A stretch of DNA of 64,000 nt from Eledone cirrhosa (GCA_964016885.1 OZ024747.1:20956001-21020000), one strand, 5' to 3'; shown: positions 1-11,974, counted from the stretch's first letter. Made by a program: numbers and translations. The notes: generated by a model not told the origin, from the sequence alone.

Positions 1-57
1 TGTGTATGTGTGTGTGTGTATAGAAGTAATTCCACAACAGTTAGTTCGCCATTACCG

Positions 58-204
58 AGAACAATTGTTTCACATTATTCGGATCATCAGCTCTATATTT
101 AATATAGAAATGTCTTCTACAGGTCTAGAACTATTTCATTCGAAGGATATCATCAGGAAATGAAACAGTTCTAGTCCTGTAGAAGCCATTTCTATATTAA
201 ATAT
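58..204 (-). mobile_element. Penelope-like remnant with fold-back and degenerate hammerhead motifs
   Basis: Inverted arms lie at ~96-140 and ~159-204. The minus strand has GAG-CTGATGA...GAAACAATTGTT-CTC (58-93) and CCTGATGA...GAAA (~135-157). Confidence 0.5.
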
Positions 205-264
205 TTATACTCTGCTATTTATTGAGTACCTTACTTACTGTGATTACCCCCGATTGAACCCGGG

Positions 265-319
<55 letters not shown>

Positions 320-387
320 CAAGGTTTAGCAAATAAGAAAAAGTTTCAAAATAAATTTTAAAAAATTAACTGTACTCACTATGGTTA

Positions 388-472
388 CCTTTACCGAATC
401 GGTTTCGAGTCTCAAAAATAAATGGACAGTCCTTACGGCCATCCATTGCAAAGATAAACTCTCGTCAGAAGG
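388..472 (-). ncRNA. Type I hammerhead ribozyme, probably Penelope/retrozyme-associated
   Basis: Minus strand reads CCTT-CTGACGA-GAGTTT...AGACTC-GAAA-CCGATTCGG-TA-AAGG. It has stem I CCTT/AAGG, core CUGANGA, a 6-bp stem II base, GAAA, stem III ACCG/CGGT and a GUA cleavage triplet. Confidence 0.85.
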
Positions 473-764
473 ATCTTTTCACTCGGAGAATATAAAATTC
501 CCGAGTTCAAATTACGAACTGGCGCTATTCAAAATTGTTCCCGAGATGAGAATAAATGATGTGGAAGCAATTCCGTCCAGTGCCGTGTGTAAAGATAGAA
601 GCAAAGGAAGGTAGGTCAGTCTAAGACCACTATAACTAACAGCAGTCAGAACGACCAAATTTTTTCTCGACCAAGAGGAGAATAATAATAAAGTATATAT
701 CCCTACACGCAAAAAGCGCCTAGGGACACATGTATTGTCCAACCATATGCCAATGTGGTTCAAT

Positions 765-824
<60 letters not shown>

Positions 825-887
825 TATCTTTTACTCTTTTACCTGTTCCAGCTACCCAGCTGAGAGAGAGAAGAAGAGAGAGGCGAA

Positions 888-1157
<270 letters not shown>

Positions 1158-1804
1158 TGTCTAGCTGTCTGTTGGTCTGTCTGTATGTGTGTTAATATGA
1201 ATGATGTGTGCCTGTGCTATCGATCTCTTCCCCTTCCGCATAATTGAAAGAGAGAATTCAGTCAGTGTAATGTTGAAACTTTCAACCTTGTACTAAAACA
1301 GATGAAAAGAAAGTCTCATGCAGTTTTTGTCTTCTATTAGTTGCCTGATGGAGAGAGCTTTGCATTCTTATAAAAGTAGCAGTAACATTGCACGCATGCA
1401 TGCACTTATGCACACATGCAAAAATGCATGTTTTCTTATATGTATGATTGCACGCAAACATAGACGCATCCTACATATACATTGTTGTTGTTTAACCCTG
1501 ATCAATCATAATCAAGCAAACCTAAGATTATTAAAGTCTTTCCAAGCGTAAATATCTGGGCGGGGTGGTGGGTATTATGGGCATATAAATCTATATAATC
1601 TAATATGCTGTTCCTCCTTTTTAAGATAGTAGGTTTTGTATTGAGAGAAGTTTGACTGCTATTTTTAACAAATTGAATGACCATCACATACATTATACAT
1701 ATGTAGTACCACTGAGAAGAAAGATAATAAGTGGCTCTATATTATAGTGTAAGTCTGATGAGGAATGGTGTATCGTTATGCTTATCTGAATGCTTTAATA
1801 GCAT

Positions 1805-1985
1805 TAATTGTTTCTACTTTAGGCACAAGGCCAGCAATTACCCAGTGCATTACTGGTACTTTATTTTATCGACCCCGTAAGGATGAAAGGCAAAGTCAAC
1901 CTCGGCGGGATTTGAACTCAAATCGTAAAGGGACGTAACTATGCTGGAAAGCATGGCGTCCGACCCTCTACCGATACTGCCAATT
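1805..1985 (-). mobile_element. tRNA-derived SINE family A, near full length
   Basis: The reverse complement has an A-box-like TGGCAGTATCGGTAG, B-box GAGTTCAAATCC, central GCCTTTCATCCTTACGGGGTCGATAAAATAAAGTACCAG and tail AGTAGAAACAATTA. Confidence 0.9.
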
Positions 1986-2488
1986 ATGCTAATAATATAC
2001 TTAAGAAAAGTCCGCTGCGCAACTACGTGGTTTCGGTTCAATCCTGCTGCCCTGTACCTTCGGCAAACGTTGTCTCCCCTAGCCTCTTATAGACTAATAA
2101 ATATCTCTTGAATGAAATTTGGTAAATTAAATGCCCTTTCTTTAGTTTATGCGACAAAATAATACGAAACAATAAAAAAAATATATATGGCAATAATGAT
2201 ACTGGTAGACATTTTTTTTATTAAGTGAAGGCAGGGAACTGAAACGAAAACAGCAAATCGTTGCATTCGACGTTCTAACGACATTCAATTTACTGTAGAA
2301 TCAAAACAATGCATGGTCCCGTAACTCCTGATTGAATTGTAAGGGTGCCGAAGTGACATACGGTGTTTCTTGGGCATTTTAAGCCTGACGGAGCCCATCC
2401 CTCTCCACGCCTGAGTACAGCAGATTTTTTCTAGAGATAGAAAAATAGAAAGTGAGAGAGGGGAAGTGAGAAAGACATATAGAGGGAG

Positions 2489-2648
2489 AATCAACCCCAG
2501 TACTTGACTAATACTTTTTTGATCGACTTCGAAAGGATGAAAGGCAAACTTGATCTCGGCAAGATTTGAACTCAGAGAGTAGAGTGCTGGAACGAATAAC
2601 ATAAAGCACTCTATCAGACGTTCTAACTACTTTCCCAATTCTCTACCT
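2489..2648 (-). mobile_element. Diverged SINE family A copy
   Basis: GGATGAAAGGCAAACTTGATCTCGGCAAGATTTGAACTCAG matches the family core. Confidence 0.75.
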
Positions 2649-3027
2649 ACATCAAAACAATACATTCCCTAAAAATTCTCAATTCTTTTGAACTAAACTA
2701 TTATGAAATTTTATCTTGTTCTATCTAACTTAGAAATGTTTATCTTGTTAATATTTACTTTACAAACTCGTTGAAAATGAAATAGAAGTTTGTGAAGTCA
2801 GTATGGAATTTTAATAGATAAAAACATAACATTTTTTAAAGACCCCCAAGAGCATTTTATATGTATACTTCTATGGGAATAAACCTATTTTCTTCACACA
2901 TACACACACACACTAACATAGGCAATGTATATATACATATATATATATATAAATTGGTTGTCAAGTATGAAATTTGTAGAAGTTTGTTTTTTTTCTACAA
3001 ATTTCTACAAATTTCCTACTTGACGAC

Positions 3028-3098
<71 letters not shown>

Positions 3099-3179
3099 TA
3101 TTTTTCATATTTATATATATAAGAGTAACAACAATAATAGAGGAAATGGGAGGAGAATGGAAGTTATTAAAACGAGGAG

Positions 3180-3362
3180 GAAGAAGAAGAAGAAGAAGAA
3201 GAAGAAGAAGAAGAAGAAGAAGAAGAAGAAGAAGAAGAAGAAGAAGAAGAAGAAGAAGAAGAAGAAGAAGAAGAAGAAGAAGAAAGGAGAGAGAGAGAGG
3301 CAGAAAGGGTATATTATAATGGAGACATAAAGGAGTGATAAAAAGAAAGAGAGAGAGAGAGA

Positions 3363-3450
<88 letters not shown>
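3180..3450. repeat. (GAA)n and (GA)n microsatellites
   Basis: Direct reading. Confidence 0.95.
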
Positions 3451-3453
<3 letters not shown>

Positions 3454-3669
3454 TAAGAGGGGGTAAGAGGGAGTGAGGATTTGGTACCTATCAGCCGAGC
3501 TTACGCCATTCAAAGAAATCGTTGTCTGCTTCCTTGGAATAAGAGACATAAGAAAAGCTAACCATTGCAACAGCATTGATTATTGCAAGGATAAGAATAG
3601 TTATAAGAGTGAGATGTTATCAGCAAAGACAGAAGCTGCAACAGAGACAACTGCAATGAGAGCAGAAAC

Positions 3670-3763
3670 TGTTATAACAATAATAACAACAGTAACTACG
3701 ACAACAATAACAACAACAACGCTAAGAACAGCAACAACAAAAACAATAGTAATAGCACCAAGG

Positions 3764-3811
<48 letters not shown>

Positions 3812-4160
3812 GCACCAAGAACAACAACAACAACAGTAACAGCACCAAGAACAACGACAACAGCGACAGTAACAACAACAACAACAACAACAACAGCAGC
3901 AGCACCAGCAACAACAGTAGTTAACAGCACCAAGAACAACAACAACAACAACAACAACACCAACAGCACCAAGAACAACAACAACAACAACAACACCAAC
4001 AGCAAGAACAACAACAACAACAACAACAACAGCAAGAACAACAACAACAGCAAAAACAACAACAACAGTAATGGCACCAAGAACAATAACAACATTAGTA
4101 ACAACGTCAAGAGGAACAACAACAACAACAACAACAACAACAATATCATTAACAGCACCA
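3670..4160. repeat. Compound (ACA)n repeat with recurring AGCACCAAGA anchor
   Basis: Direct reading. It is the source of the T/N-rich ORF. Confidence 0.9.
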
Positions 4161-4393
4161 AGTCATGAGTACTTAGACAAGCTTTGAAGGGATCGAACTC
4201 ATTAATATTTCTACACATTCATAGAACTTACCAGAAATTGGTTCCAAGGTTTCAGAAAGGATGGAATCTTTTTCAAAATCTGACAATATGTATTATGGTA
4301 TTACAGGGGGATTATAATAGAAATCTGTGAGTTATATCTTAATTTATGAACTGGGCACTAACAACTGAATAATAGAATGAACTTTATAGATAA

Positions 4394-5307
4394 CTAGCAG
4401 TAAAGCCCGGCGTTGCTCGGGGTCGCTCAGTAGCTGTGTTAAAGTTACAATGTTAAGTTTCTTTTTTGGCTTAAAAACTGTAGTGTCTACTGTGCAGACT
4501 TACATGTGGTGTTTTTGATTAATATTCCCTCAACCAACAATATGCCTTATGAAGTTAAGAAAACATAACGATAACCCGAATGTTATAACAAAAGAGGATG
4601 CTGGGGATAGAAACTGCACTGGTTATTTATTAACAAAGATCGAAATTGTAAACACTGCAACGCAGAGAAAAACATTAGCGTAACCAAATTATCAGTTATG
4701 TCTGTCTGCACGCCTATATCACCTCTCTGCACGACTGTCTGTCTGCACGCCTATATCACCTCTCTGCACGACTATCTGTCTGCACGCCTATATCACCTCT
4801 CTGCACGACTATCTGTCTGCACGCGTATATCACCTCTCTGCACGACTATCTGTCTGTACGACTGTCTGTCTGCACGCCTAACGACGAAATATTTGCTTGT
4901 TTTACGTAGTCTTTAAATAGACTTGTTTTCAAGTAAAAATATTGTTTTAAAATGCTTTTAAATGGAAATGAAGCAAAACGGAAGCTTAGTGTTCGAACTG
5001 ATGAATTTTGCAGGTCAATATTTTGCTGGCTCGACAACTGTTAAAGCCAGCGTAATTTTTTACGTAAGACGCTCAATGTAAACAGAACAAAGGGAAATAA
5101 CTGATAACTTACGCTCAAAAATCGATACATTATATTCGATTTCGTCACATAGGGTGGGTCAATTTGAAATTTTTTTTTTCCGATGTCTTCGCTAGGGCTC
5201 AATGTACAAGTATAGCAATTTCGGTGCAATTCCGTGAGAGATTCTAAGAGGAGATGTGTGCCAAAAATCGATAGACAGACAGACAACCACAGTTTTATAT
5301 ATATAGA
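4394..5307 (-). mobile_element. Non-autonomous Helitron (914 bp)
   Basis: The minus strand starts TC (TCTATATATATAAAACTG) followed by (TGTC)n. It ends with the hairpin CCCGAGCAACGCCGGG and a terminal CTAG. It is inserted between A and T with no TSD. Confidence 0.88.
4700..4879. repeat. 37-bp minisatellite (~4.5 copies) inside the Helitron
   Basis: CGC(C/G)TATATC recurs at 4711, 4748, 4785 and 4822. Confidence 0.92.
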
Positions 5308-5595
5308 TTGTTTCTACTTTTGGCACAAGGCCAGCAATTACTCAGTACATTACTGGTACTTTATTTTATCGATCCTGTAAGGATGAAAGGCAAGTTTGAC
5401 CTCGGCGGTTAATAATTGTTTCTACTTTAGGCACAATAATTGTTTCTACTTTTGGCACAAGGCCAGCAATTACCCAGTGCATTACTGGTACTTTGTGTTA
5501 TCGACCCCGTAAGGGTGAAAGGCAAAGTTAATCTCGGCGGGATCTGAACTGAGAATGGCAAGGGCGTCTGACCCTCTACCGATACTGCCAATCCA
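5308..5595 (-). mobile_element. Cluster of SINE family A fragments
   Basis: Three tail copies (5308, ~5411, ~5436). The last runs to the A-box region with an internal deletion. Confidence 0.85.
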
Positions 5596-5790
5596 TAGAT
5601 AATGAACACAACCACAAGAATATGGTCCGAACGTGGAAGGATCGAACTTCCACAGTCATCGCCTCCATCTCACGCCCTCCCCATCTCTCTGTATGGTGAG
5701 CAAATGGGGTCCCACATGCTGACCTCCCCACAGCCCCAGCGGACAGAATGGAGAAGGCGTTTCCCCCGGAGGATGGTTTGGCACTATCCT
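5596..5790 (-). mobile_element. CRE-like non-LTR retrotransposon 3' end
   Basis: Encodes ...GGNAFSILSAGAVG... and shares its 3' UTR with 11043-11350. Confidence 0.75.
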
Positions 5791-6011
5791 CCAAACCGAA
5801 CAATACGTATTGAAGTATGTTTCAACCTTGGGAACATTCTCAAAACTGGAAAATATTTATTACGTTATCTGTTCAATAGCGTAACTATGGAAGATGCGAA
5901 GAAAGACGCAAGGGTGACACGAAGGGGAATGCTAGAGAGGTGCTCCCTCCAGGGTGCCACTTATATGAAGTCGGCACATTTTGGTCTGTTGTGTAAGCCT
6001 GTGCTGGTTGT

Positions 6012-6534
6012 ATTACTTTAAAACTTTGCCTTTCATCCTTACGGGGTCGATAAAATAAAGTACCAGTAATGCACTGGGTAATTGCTGGCCTTGTGCCTAA
6101 CGTAGAAACAATTACTTTAAAACATTTAGGGCGGTGGATTGGCAGTATCAGTAGAGGGTCGGACGCCATGCTTTCCAGCATAGTTACGTCCCTTTACGAT
6201 CTGAGTTCAAATCCCGCCGAGGTTGACTTTGCCTTTCATCCTTACGGGGTCGATAAAATAAAGTACCAGTAATACACTGGTTAATTGCTGGCCTTGTGCC
6301 TAAAGTAGAAACAATTACTTTAAAACATTTAGGGCGGTGGATTGGCAGTATCAGTAGAGAGTCGGACGCCATGCTTTCCAGCATAGTTACGTCCCTTTAC
6401 GATCTGAGTTCAAATCCCGCCGAGGTTGACTTTGCCTTTCATCCTTACGGGGTCGATAAAATAAAGTACCAGTAATGCACTGGTTAATTGCTGGCCTTGT
6501 GCCTAAAGTAGAAACAATTACTTTAAAACATTTA
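6012..6534 (+). mobile_element. Head-to-tail SINE family A trimer with interleaved target sequence
   Basis: One 5'-truncated copy (~6024-6110) and two full copies (6129, 6332). ATTACTTTAAAAC occurs at 6012, 6111, 6314 and 6517. Confidence 0.92.
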
Positions 6535-6829
6535 CGGATTCACTGTGTATGTAAATGTATTATTTTGTTGTTGGGTGTGTGCGTTGATAGGTGTCAAACT
6601 CAAGGGTTGCCTCGGACGGCAAATACCTTGTTATTGCTATTGTTGTTCTAGTTGTTGTTATTGTTATTATTGTTACTGCTGCTGTAGTTGTTGTAGCTGT
6701 TGGAACTGTTACTGTTGCTTTTGTTTTTCTTGGAATTGTTACTGTTGTTATTGTTTTTGTTGTTAATGGTACTGCTACTGTTGTTGTTGTTATTGTTTTT
6801 GTTGTTAATGGCATTGCTACTGTTGTTGT

Positions 6830-7105
6830 TGTTCTTGGTGTTGTTACTTCTGTTGTTGGTGGTGCTGTTACTGTTGTTACTTCTGTTGTTGGTGGTGCTG
6901 TTACTGTTGTTACTTCTGTTGTTGGTGGTGCTGTTACTGTTGTTACTTCTGTTGTTGGTGGTGCTGTTACTGTTGTTACTTCTGTTGTTGTAGGTGCTGT
7001 TACTGTTGTTACTTCTGTTGTTGTAGGTGCTGTTACTGTTGTTACTTCTGTTGTTGTAGGTGCTGTTACTGTTGTTACTTCTGTTGTTGGTGGTGTTGTT
7101 ACTGT
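6830..7105. repeat. 33-bp minisatellite (~8 copies)
   Basis: Tandem unit TGTTGTTGGTGGTGCTGTTACTGTTGTTACTTC. Confidence 0.9.
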
Positions 7106-7177
7106 TGTTATTTTTGTTCTTGTTGGTACTGGTATTATTTCACGTTGCTCAAGTTCACTCAGCAAGTAAAAATGAGT

Positions 7178-7350
7178 TAGACCTGTAATTCAAGAATCCA
7201 GCTTTATCATACATTGTATTACGCTGAAATTCCTTCAGGGTTATATTAAGGATGTACAAGTCTGTGAAATGCTCAGCCACTTGCACGTTAATTTCACAAG
7301 CAGGTAGTCCAGTTGATTAAATCAACTGGTCGTTGGAAACGACAGTGTTC
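7178..7350 (+). mobile_element. SINE family B body fragment
   Basis: ACCTGTAATTCAA...GCTCAGCCACTTGCACGTTAATTTCAC is homologous to 18675, 59480 and 62080. Confidence 0.7.
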
Positions 7351-7377
7351 CATCAACAACAACATTTAATGATAGTT

Positions 7378-7508
7378 TAGTTTATTATCGAGCTCAGAAG
7401 GATAAAAGACAACATTGACTTCAACGGGATTTGAACGTAAAGAGCCGAAACCAAATCCTAGGACGCATTTTGCGTGATGCTCTAACGATTCTGCCAACCC
7501 ACCGCCTT
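7378..7508 (-). mobile_element. Diverged SINE family A-related copy
   Basis: AAGGATAAAAGAC...GGGATTTGAAC...CTCTAACGATTCTGCCAACCCACCGCC. Confidence 0.65.
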
Positions 7509-8465
7509 TAATAACAGCTCTAATATGAAAGAACCAACTGTAACATCAACCCAGCGAGGTAAGAAAGCATTTACGTGGACCCATAATCAAATAACATTTA
7601 TATATACACCACGAAATAAATGAGAAATGTATAGTTATAAGTATTTGTGAGTTTTTAAAGGGTTAAGTGAAATATTCACTCGCTTTGCTGAAACATCTTT
7701 CACGTCGAAACGTAAGCAACCAAATTTTGAATTATGAAATTAAGAGTAATTGTGTGTATGTGTGTATGTGTATGTGTATGTAGTGTATGTGTGTGTTTTT
7801 GCGTGAGTAGAGGTGTGTAGTTGCGTGAGTATGTGTGTGAATGTGTGAACTTGTGTGTGAGTGTAGGTGTGTGTGTGTGTGTATGTGTGTGAACGTGTGT
7901 GTGAACGTGCGTGTGTGTGTGTGTGTGTGAACGTGTGTGTGTAAACATGTGTGTGAACGTGGATGGGTGTGTGTGGGGGGGGGTGTATGTGTGAGTGTGA
8001 ACATGTGGGTGTGTATGTGTGAGTGTAAACATGTGTGTGTGTGTGTGCGTGTGTGAACGTGTATGTGTATGCGGGGGATTCGGATTTATCATAGAGATAA
8101 ACTGCTTTCGGTTGGTAATAAGATTTTTATTATCAATTTCCGCAATTTATTTAAACCCATCAACCAAAACAGAAAATGGCGAATTCAGTTCCCATACATA
8201 AGTATATATGTATATATGTGTGTGTATGTATATGTGTATGTATGTATATGTGTATGCATGTGTGAGTATATGTGTATCTATGTATATGTGTATGTGTATG
8301 TCTGTGTATACACATATACATAGATACACATATACTCACACATGCATACAAATATACATACATACACATATACATACACACACACATATATATACATATA
8401 TATACTTATTTTCAACTTCTTTTTCCTATATTTATAACCGTGTGGGGCATAAAACCCTTGCTTTC

Positions 8466-8561
<96 letters not shown>

Positions 8562-9190
8562 ATATATAAATATACACACATGTATATTTATATACATACA
8601 TACATACATGGTGGCTGCCAACTCATTTTCGAGTACGGCCACTACTTTATATCCATGTAGGAGAACCCCTACCGATGCGCTGAATGTGTGTGACTTTTTA
8701 GTCCAGCCAGGGACTTGAAATCTCTGGTACAAACACTACACTTGTGACAATTATTGACACATAGCGCTGGGCCCATGGTACCATGTGATGACAAGTGCAG
8801 AGAGATCTCCAGATATAAAGCAATGCCTGTGCCGTGAAGCTTTTATAGTGAGCAAAGGCACTGCACAAAGCCAGTCCCACTCTCTTAACCAAGATGATAT
8901 TTACCAAAAAGAAGAACAAGTCAACATCATTGGATACCATACATACATACATACATACATACATACATACATACATACATACATACATACATACATACAT
9001 ACATACATACATACATACATAAACATATGCCGAAACAAATATAATATATATATATACACAAAACTACGTAGCTACACACATACATATACACACATTTACG
9101 TGTTCATAAACATCGACACAAACACAGATTTATTCAGAGACAGAAAACTACATACACATGTACACACAAACAAACACTCACACTCACATA

Positions 9191-9476
9191 CAGGGGCCTG
9201 GTTTGCCTTTAAAATGTTAGGGGGACAAACCAACATTTGTTGATTCTTAAAGGAACATATTAGTATTGTTTATGGTGACTTTCGTGGACCCTATCACATA
9301 AGTAAAATTTTACGCTAATTAAATTATATATATTCAGATGAAGTTCAGATATAAAAAAAAATAAGCTTAAAAAGAATTTATTATATCAAATAAACAAAAA
9401 ATAAAACATAGACGTCTGAAAAAGTGTGTGGGGGGGGGGGGGGTCCCCATGTACCCCCCTTGAAACAAGGCCCTTG
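9191..9476. mobile_element. MITE with hAT-like termini
   Basis: TIRs CAGGGGCCTGGTTT and AAACAAGGCCCTTG (12/14), with subterminal GGGGAC/GTCCCC motifs. Confidence 0.7.
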
Positions 9477-10378
9477 CATACATACATACTTACTTACTCA
9501 CTTACATACATACATAAACATATGCCGAAACAAGTAATATATACACAAAACTACGTAGCTACACACATACATATACACACATTTACGTATTCATAAACAT
9601 CGACACAAACACAGATTTATTCAGAGACAGACAACTACATACACATGTACACACAAACAAACACTCACACTCACATATATATACACTGATGGAAACAACC
9701 ATACACACGGACACAAACGTACAGACATTCACATACACACACACAAACAAACCTACATTCATTCAATAGACACGAATTTACGTATACACAAGTCTACGGC
9801 CATACACACAGACACATAAACATAAATGGACACACACACACGTAACAAACCTACGTACATACACACAGACACAAACATACACGCACACACACATAAATAT
9901 ATATAAATATATATAAATGTCTGCATAGAAAACCAAACGTACACACAGACACACATCTACAAACAGACACACACACACACACAAACATACACACACACAC
10001 ACAGACACATACACACATATAAATATATTTAATGCCAGCATAGATAACCAAACATGCACACAGACACACAAACACACATCCACAAACAGACACACACACA
10101 AACACATACATACACATACACACACACATACACACACAAACACACATACAAACACACATCCGCAAACAGACACACAAACATACACACAAACACACGCATA
10201 TATATATATATAAATGCCTGCATAGATAACCAAACATACAAACATCCACAAACAGACACACACACACAAACATATATATATAAATATATATAAATGCCTG
10301 CATAAATAACCAAACATACACACAGACACAAGTTTACTCTGAAAGACACGGGAATTCATTCACAAATCAACGGACATT

Positions 10379-10467
<89 letters not shown>

Positions 10468-11042
10468 TCAAAGAAACGCACACGCACAAGTTTACGTACA
10501 ATAAATATACCAACATATGTACATACACTAAAGAACAGCGATGGAATAAGTGAGGAGCAGAGGCTTCCCTTACATTCAGAGAAAATATCACCCTCAAGGG
10601 CTTTACCCATACCCCTTTACTTCTTAAAACACATTTCCACCACCGAGAGAAACATAAAGATACGCAGGGACGTACAAATCTAAGAACAGAGAAATAAACA
10701 CATACACAAACAGACGTACGTTTTACACAAACACAGATGTACGCAAAAACAAACAGACGTACACAAACATGTGTTGGATCTCCGTCGGTATCGAAGACGT
10801 GTATACCAGTTGTTTGACGAACGGAGCAGCTTACCCATATGAAATTAACTTGGAAGCAGTACAGTAGCGTGCAAAGTGTTGGGGGGGGGGGCATCCTTTG
10901 GATGTGGGTATCATTTGGGGAAAAGAAATCAATAAATTTGATTGATTTATATTAAAATTGAATAAAGCGTTTATTTCATGTTTTATCTGTGTTTATATAT
11001 TCAAAATATTTTCCTTTCTCATAATATTTCTCAGTATATTAC

Positions 11043-11350
11043 TAGTGGAGACTTCTGGTGTCATTGGCCCTAGGGTTACCTCCCTACTCACCACCATAGA
11101 CGCTGAGCTGGCCAGCCGCAGGTATGAGCCTCGCGAGTTGGAATGGCTCTTCCAGCGCATCTCCCTTACCATCCTCCGGGGAAACGGCTTCTCCATTTTG
11201 TCCGTCGGAGTTGTGGGGAGGCCAGCACGTGGGACCCCATTTGCTCACCATACAGAGAGATGAGGAAGGCGAGAGAGATGGAGGCGATGACAGTGGGAGT
11301 TTGGCTCTTCCACGTTCGGACCATATCCTTGTGGTTGTGTTCATTATCTG
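11043..11350 (+). mobile_element. CRE-like non-LTR retrotransposon 3' end (restriction-like endonuclease C-terminus)
   Basis: Encodes VETSGVIGPR...EPRELEWLFQRISLTILRGNGFSIL, the C-terminal motif I recognise from CRE-clade ORFs. The stop is at 11263 and is followed by a 3' UTR. Confidence 0.8.
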
Positions 11351-11354
11351 TATT

Positions 11355-11503
11355 AATAATTGTTTCTACTTTTGGCACAAGGCCAGCAATTACCCAGTAC
11401 ATTACTGGTACTTTATTTTATCGACCCCGCAAGGATGAAAGGCAAAGTTAATCTTGGCGGGATTTGAACTCAGATCGTAAAGGGACGTAACTACTGACAA
11501 GCA
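11355..11503 (-). mobile_element. SINE family A copy, 5'-truncated
   Basis: Tail, core and B-box match the other copies. Confidence 0.88.
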
Positions 11504-11956
11504 TTCTTTTCCCTTAGGCTTATACTTGAGTGTTTGGGGCATACAATTGTAGTGGAACTACGTCGCACCTCGCAATAGCAACATTTTCATATGCAATAAG
11601 GTCAAACTGACTAATGGGAAGTTGCGTATGAATACATGGTCAATCTCACTCTCGCGTGAAAAACCTCAGACAGCACTCGGGAGACCAGGAGATGATACGG
11701 ACGCGTGAAGAATTATTGTAAAATGACTCCTATATTCCTTTCGACAAATAAAATTATATTGATAGAGGATTGAGCGTTAAAGAGCTATTTATCTATATCC
11801 TGGAAGTCAGAAGCATTTACTACCAATGAGAAGCTATCAACTCTTCGATTAAGGTAATTCAATTATATCGCTTATAAATAAGCTCCTTCGAATACTGATA
11901 ACATGCAATTGTAAAAGGATATAGATAAAATTTAACCTCTCATCTTATCTATAAAA

Positions 11957-11974
11957 TGGTGACTCCGACGTGAT
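11957..11974 (+). promoter_or_regulatory. Primer-binding site complementary to tRNA-Trp
   Basis: TGGTGACTCCGACGTGAT matches the tRNA-Trp PBS TGGTGACCCCGACGTGAT at 17/18 positions and lies 3 nt after the 5' LTR. Confidence 0.9.

Noticed and set aside
6129-6230. tRNA gene suggested by A and B boxes
   Set aside because: There is no cloverleaf and it continues into the SINE body and tail.
3473-7169. T/N-rich and APPTTEVTTVT-repeat ORFs
   Set aside because: They derive from microsatellite and 33-bp minisatellite sequence.
7686-7720. Hammerhead-like CGAAACGTAAGC, and isolated CTGATGA motifs at ~1755, ~4998 and ~62586
   Set aside because: I could not assemble a complete core with three stems.
10770-10870. 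Apparent minus-strand micro-exon TTCCAAG|14 nt|GTAAGC
   Set aside because: The sequence matches the diverged SINE B body.
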